Below are positions 59,546 to 64,000 of a stretch of DNA of 64,000 nt, one piece after another (position 1 is the first letter of the stretch; each line of letters begins with the position of its first letter). Position numbers and translations under genes: made by a program. The stretch is taken from the sequence record DRR723986_8739. One strand, 5' to 3'. The notes under the pieces are model-generated. The model was not told the DNA's origin. It did no database searches and saw only the letters and a program-made list of their open reading frames with translations.

Positions 59546-60088
59546 TTATCGTTTAACTGGGCCTACTGGAGTAGCTGCGCCTGCAATTTTTGGTGTAACT
59601 GTACCTTTCAATCTTAATCTGGTTACAGCCGGGTTAGTGTTTGCTTGAATACTTACTGTAGGAGCTTGTGCGCCTGATTTAGAAGTTGAGTTGAAAACTA
59701 CCTTCACAAATCCTTCATCTCCTGGCTTAACAGGTGCCTTAGACCAATCTGGGCTAGTACATCCGCATGAAGCAGTGATGTTAGAAATAACCAATGGAGC
59801 TTGTCCATTATTTGTGAATTTAAAGATATGTTCGACGACTTGACCTTCATTAATAGCGCCAAAATCATACTCCTCTTCTGGAAATGCAAAAGCACCTAGA
59901 GTAGATGGATCAGCAACAGTCGCTGCTTGCGCATTCACTGGAGTAACTGTAGGGCTACTTGTTTCTAATTGAGCGATTTTTTGTTCAAGTGCAGCAATCT
60001 TTGCGTCTTGATCGCTTTTTGGGTTACATGAAGTTCCCAAAGCAAGCATGACGGAAAATACCGCCATATTCATTACGTTGATTTTCAT
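59546..60088 (-). CDS. DUF1573 domain lipoprotein
   Basis: Lipobox; YDFG.I.EG, F.FTN.G..PL.I......SCGCT.P. Confidence 0.9.
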   Translation of the reverse strand: MKINVMNMAVFSVMLALGTSCNPKSDQDAKIAALEQKIAQLETSSPTVTPVNAQAATVADPSTLGAFAFPEEEYDFGAINEGQVVEHIFKFTNNGQAPLVISNITASCGCTSPDWSKAPVKPGDEGFVKVVFNSTSKSGAQAPTVSIQANTNPAVTRLRLKGTVTPKIAGAATPVGPVKR

Positions 60089-60107
60089 CTGTTTATGTTT
60101 TTTTTAG

Positions 60108-60176
60108 TGGTCAAATGGAATCGTGCATTTCAGTTTTCTTTCTTCAATAGAAATGACACTGTACGCTCGATTTCAT
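60108..60176 (-). repeat. Intercistronic ~70-nt element, copy 4
   Basis: Minus strand reads ATGAAATCGAGCG-N6-GTCA-N25-ATGCACGATTCCAT-TTGACCA. Confidence 0.8.
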
Positions 60177-60181
60177 TCCGA

Positions 60182-60484
60182 TTAGTTGTTTCCTTGATTG
60201 ATTTGATCTATTAATTTATTCACATCGCTAAGAAGGTTCTCAGCTTTGTTTTTCGCTTCGGATATTACTCTTTTTCCTTCGGTTTTAGCTTCGTTAAGGT
60301 GCATTTCCTTTCCGTCTACCAAATCGTCGATTAATTCTTCTAACTCCTTCTTATATTTTGAGAGTTTAAAAGAAAGTCGATCACGGGTATTTGTACCAGC
60401 ATCCGGTGCAAAAAGTACTCCAACTGCTGCGCCTACGCCTGCGCCTATTAGGAATGCGATGAGTGAATTACTGCTCTTGCTCAT
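60182..60484 (-). CDS. YtxH domain-containing protein
   Basis: FL.GA.VGAA.GVLFAPD.G..TR..L. Confidence 0.92.
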   Translation of the reverse strand: MSKSSNSLIAFLIGAGVGAAVGVLFAPDAGTNTRDRLSFKLSKYKKELEELIDDLVDGKEMHLNEAKTEGKRVISEAKNKAENLLSDVNKLIDQINQGNN

Positions 60485-60491
60485 AGTTAAA

Positions 60492-61676
60492 TTATTTATT
60501 GTCTAAAAGTCCTCTACCGCTCTTACGGATTTCTCCGCTTTCGGTTAACTCTTTTGCCATCACATCTAGCAAACCATTAACAAATTGCTTGCTTTTAGGT
60601 GTACTATACGTTTTTGAAATATCGATATACTCGTTTATACTTACTTTAACGGGAATACTAGGGAAGTTTTTCATTTCCGCTATTGCCATCGAAATAATTA
60701 CTTTATCAGTGAAAGCAAGTCTATCAATGTCCCAGTTTTTTGTTTTTTGAGTAATGAGGGCCTTACTGTTTACATCATTTTCAATGGTGAAGTTAAAGAT
60801 ATTTTGAAAAAACTCCTTATCCTCGTCCCAGTTCATCGCGATCTCAGGCATTTGGCTTTCATTTTCCTCATTGAGATTAGCCGCATTTTTCAAGACCTTG
60901 GAAGCTAAGCTTCTAACAACTGATTTGTCTTCTGTCCAGTTTAGATCTTTTTCAGAGAAGAAATTTAAGATCACTTCATTTTTGAATAGTACTTTCTTCA
61001 AAAGATCGTCAACTAGCTCAAAATCTTGAGTAACTGTTGGGTTTTCCAATTGCAAGTAAGTCTGATAAAATTCAGACGGCTTTATATAGTCTCTAAACCA
61101 TTCTCTGATTTCAAGTTCTATATCATCCAGGTTAACATTGTTTCTTGCCACCGCAGCCTTGTAAGAATCTGATTCTCGAAGAGAGGCAAGAACGGTATTG
61201 TTCGGAAAATTCAGTTCGTTTCCAAATCCAACTGGATTGTTTGAAGCAAATTTTTTCTTCTTTTCAATTTCTTTTTCTACGTGCTTAGCAAATGCCTGTA
61301 AAAGCTCAATTGCTAATAAATAAAGCTGTGGAATTCGTTCTGCAGAAACCACCATATTTTTCAACAAAAACTGGTGATCCTTTTCGTTTGCTTCATGATA
61401 CTTTTTCAAAGCATCTAAAACAACCTGTTTGACTTTTCTATTTGCCTCGCTGGATTTTAGTAGATCTTTTGAAGTGAGATTCTCTTCAAACAGCTTAATT
61501 GCTTCCTCAGCTTCTTTGTTAAGTGCAGTTTTATCCTGGACTTCCATACTGTTCAGATCCGGCATGAACGAGGCTCGGATAAAATCTTTTGACAGGTTTA
61601 GGTTAGAACCTTTGCACTGCTCGTATGCATATAGGTTTTGGAAAGCCTTTACTCTGAGTATTCTTCTGTTTAGCAT
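60492..61676 (-). CDS. nusB: Transcription antitermination factor NusB (long Bacteroidota form)
   Basis: MLNRR.LRVK..Q.LYAY; C-terminal NW...R....D, FP.IP.KV.INEYI...K.YSTPKS..FVNG.LD. Confidence 0.95.
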   Translation of the reverse strand: MLNRRILRVKAFQNLYAYEQCKGSNLNLSKDFIRASFMPDLNSMEVQDKTALNKEAEEAIKLFEENLTSKDLLKSSEANRKVKQVVLDALKKYHEANEKDHQFLLKNMVVSAERIPQLYLLAIELLQAFAKHVEKEIEKKKKFASNNPVGFGNELNFPNNTVLASLRESDSYKAAVARNNVNLDDIELEIREWFRDYIKPSEFYQTYLQLENPTVTQDFELVDDLLKKVLFKNEVILNFFSEKDLNWTEDKSVVRSLASKVLKNAANLNEENESQMPEIAMNWDEDKEFFQNIFNFTIENDVNSKALITQKTKNWDIDRLAFTDKVIISMAIAEMKNFPSIPVKVSINEYIDISKTYSTPKSKQFVNGLLDVMAKELTESGEIRKSGRGLLDNK

Positions 61677-61693
61677 GTCTTCGAAATGAGTTG

Positions 61694-61701
61694 CAAATAT
61701 A
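61694..61701 (-). promoter_or_regulatory. -7 box (TATATTTG) for the nusB operon
   Basis: TAnnTTTG followed by CA on the minus strand, 17 nt before the ATG. Confidence 0.6.
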
Positions 61702-61738
61702 GGTAATTTGAGGTGCCTATCATCTAGGTATATGAGAC

Positions 61739-61772
61739 AAAAAAACCACCGGAAGCCATTTCCGGTGGTTTT
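61739..61772 (-). terminator. Intrinsic terminator after Leu dehydrogenase
   Basis: AAAACCACCGGAA-gccat-TTCCGGTGGTTTT with a U tail on the minus strand. Confidence 0.88.
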
Positions 61773-61791
61773 GATGTTGGAGTTTGTAATC

Positions 61792-62892
61792 TTAGAAAGA
61801 AAGCTTTACTCTACCGATAGCTTCAATTCTGGCTTTAGCTGTCTCGATAGCTGCTTGTTGAGCTGGAATGTTTTCCTTTTCTGATTTATTCAAAATGCCT
61901 AAACAGGTATCGAATATTTTTTCAGTTTGCTTATAAACTGTATCTCTATTGTATCCGCCGAAATACTCAGCGCCAACGTTGATGACACCGCCAGCGTTGA
62001 TTAGAAAATCAGGTGCGTACACAATTCCTTTTTCCATTAGAATTTTGCCGTGCTTGGCTTCATCTTTCAGCTGATTATTCGCCCCTCCTGCTATTACAGC
62101 ACATTTCAAGCGGTCAATGGTTTCATCGTTGACGGTGGCTCCTAACGCACATGGAGAATAAATATCCATTTCCAAATCATAGATTACATTTGGGTCAACT
62201 ACTTGAGCACCTGTTTTTTTGGCGACAGCTTGGAGCTTGTCTTCGAAAATATCCGTTACTAACACGTTGGCTCCTTCTTTCACCAAATAGTCAATCAAAT
62301 ATTTGCCTACCTGCCCTACACCCTGAACGCCAATTCTTTTTCCAGCCAAGGATTCTGATCCAAAAGCTTTCTTAGCTGCTGCTTTCATACCCATGTAGAC
62401 ACCATAGGCCGTAACCGGAGAAGGATCTCCACCGCCTCCTTTGATCTCAGGAAGACCCGTGACATGACGAGTTTCCAGGCCGATGAACTCCATGTCTGAG
62501 GTGTTCATGTTTACGTCTTCTGCGGTAACGTACCTACCACCTAAGCTCTGAACGAATCTTCCAAAGCGTCTTAGGTAAGCTTCATTTTTCAATTTTGGAT
62601 CTCCCAAAATCACAGCTTTACCGCCGCCAAGATTCAACCCGGCAAGGGCATTTTTGAAAGTCATTCCTCTTGATAGACGAAGAACATCTGTAATTGCTTC
62701 TTCTTCAGAAGCATAAGGCCACATACGGGTTCCGCCTAGCGCAGGGCCCAAAGTGGTGTTGTGAATTCCTATCAATGCCTTTAGGCCGGTAGCTTCATCA
62801 TGGCAGACCACAAGTTGTTCGTGATCCATCGTAGTGATTTGGCCAAAGATTGAACCTTCACGTACTGTTTCGGTAGCTTTAATCTCTAACAT
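61792..62892 (-). CDS. Glu/Leu/Phe/Val dehydrogenase (leucine dehydrogenase-like)
   Basis: H.T.LGPALGG.R, LRLSRGMT.K, GGGKAV, TAEDV, QG.G.VG, APDF..NAGG.I. Confidence 0.95.
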   Translation of the reverse strand: MLEIKATETVREGSIFGQITTMDHEQLVVCHDEATGLKALIGIHNTTLGPALGGTRMWPYASEEEAITDVLRLSRGMTFKNALAGLNLGGGKAVILGDPKLKNEAYLRRFGRFVQSLGGRYVTAEDVNMNTSDMEFIGLETRHVTGLPEIKGGGGDPSPVTAYGVYMGMKAAAKKAFGSESLAGKRIGVQGVGQVGKYLIDYLVKEGANVLVTDIFEDKLQAVAKKTGAQVVDPNVIYDLEMDIYSPCALGATVNDETIDRLKCAVIAGGANNQLKDEAKHGKILMEKGIVYAPDFLINAGGVINVGAEYFGGYNRDTVYKQTEKIFDTCLGILNKSEKENIPAQQAAIETAKARIEAIGRVKLSF

Positions 62893-63037
62893 GTGAACTT
62901 AGCTTTTTAGAATGTGTTATATTTGGGTACTCCTTGCGAAATTGACCGATACAAAATTAAATACTTTTATTGGCCTTCAAAGGATTAATATACCCAGTCT
63001 TCCTAATCTATTTCTTTCATTTTAAAATTTTTATTTG

Positions 63038-64000
63038 GTGAAACCACTTTGGCGACTCAATAAGTATTTGTATAAATACAAGGGCTTGATCCTTTTGGGG
63101 ATAGTTTTTACGGTGATTTCTAACATTTTCGTAATTATACCTGCTCAGTTAGTAAGACTTGCAATAGATTATGTTGTTGAAAGTTTTTCGATTTATCAGC
63201 CTTTAGAGCAGGGTGGTTTGGGTAATCAGGCCCAAGATATTTTTCTAAAATTCGTTTTTGTGTTTGGAGTACTGATCTTAGTAATGGCTTTACTGAGAGG
63301 TATCTTCCTGTTTTTCATCCGACAGACGCTTATCATCATGTCCCGAAAGGTGGAATATGATATGAAAAATGAAATCTATGATCACTACCAAAAACTGCCA
63401 CTTAGTTTTTACAGAAAAAATAGCACGGGAGATTTGATGGCAAGAATCACAGAGGATGTGAGCCGCGTGCGTATGTACCTAGGACCAGCGATTATGTATG
63501 GTTTAAACCTGCTCATTCTTTTTCCCTTGGTGATATCCTATATGATCACGGTTAATCCCTTGCTGACACTTTATGCACTCTTGCCTCTTCCTGTACTTTC
63601 GCTGAGTATTTATTATGTGAATAACATGATCAATGAGCGTTCTGAGAAGATTCAGCGCAGTTTGAGTGGGTTAAGCACGTTTGTGCAAGAAGCATTTTCA
63701 GGGATTCGGGTGCTCAAAGCTTTTGTCAGGGAGAGTGATAGTGCTAATGACTTTGCGACTGCAAGCGAAGATTATAAGGTGAAGTCTATTCGGCTGACCC
63801 GGGTAAATGCGCTTTTCTTCCCGATCATCATGGCCCTTGTTGGTGTTTCAACAATTATCACTGTATATGTAGGTGGATTACAGGTGATCAGTGGAGAGAT
63901 AGGGTATGGGGTCATTGCGGAATTTATTTTGTACGTGAATATGCTCACTTGGCCAGTGACTTCATTGGGCTGGGTGACTAGTATAGTCCAGCGAGCGGCT
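63038..64000 (+). CDS. ABC transporter fused permease/ATPase, N-terminal TMD (runs off the window end; absent from the ORF track)
   Basis: GTG at 63038 opens MKPLWRLNKYLYKYK...LRGIFLFFIRQT.I.MSRKVEYDMKNEIYDHYQKLPLSFY...TGDLMARITEDVSRVRMYLGP; no stop before 64000. Confidence 0.9.
   Translation, partial: MKPLWRLNKYLYKYKGLILLGIVFTVISNIFVIIPAQLVRLAIDYVVESFSIYQPLEQGGLGNQAQDIFLKFVFVFGVLILVMALLRGIFLFFIRQTLIIMSRKVEYDMKNEIYDHYQKLPLSFYRKNSTGDLMARITEDVSRVRMYLGPAIMYGLNLLILFPLVISYMITVNPLLTLYALLPLPVLSLSIYYVNNMINERSEKIQRSLSGLSTFVQEAFSGIRVLKAFVRESDSANDFATASEDYKVKSIRLTRVNALFFPIIMALVGVSTIITVYVGGLQVISGEIGYGVIAEFILYVNMLTWPVTSLGWVTSIVQRAA

Overview
Bacteroidota chromosomal segment. Gene order, TAnnTTTG -7 promoter boxes and T9SS cargo suggest Cyclobacteriaceae, Algoriphagus-like (inference). 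It is mostly core genes: rho, recO, tdk, mreBCD-mrdA-rodA, rimP-nusA-infB, cstA, accD, nqrF, murQ, a pseudouridine synthase, CBS-nadK-porG-uppS-bamA-skp-skp, serS, nusB-ytxH-DUF1573-yajC-ybbR-coaE, Leu dehydrogenase and a truncated ABC transporter. Accessory content: a giant AsmA-like repeat protein, a 10 kb block of surface/T9SS cargo genes, a Pycsar-type membrane effector plus HD-domain pair with no cyclase, a PPP-ending putative leader ORF before an outer-membrane barrel, and a HipA-like kinase/DUF3037 pair. The most striking unexplained signal is a 68-71 nt intercistronic element found four times (39684, 40840, 44356, 60108). It is always on the sense strand between co-oriented genes and ends about 20 nt before the downstream start codon. 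Its conserved blocks can fold into a stem with fixed mismatches plus a pseudoknot, making it a candidate cis-acting structured RNA. I saw no rRNA, tRNA, CRISPR array or transposase. All family assignments are by eye, without database searches.
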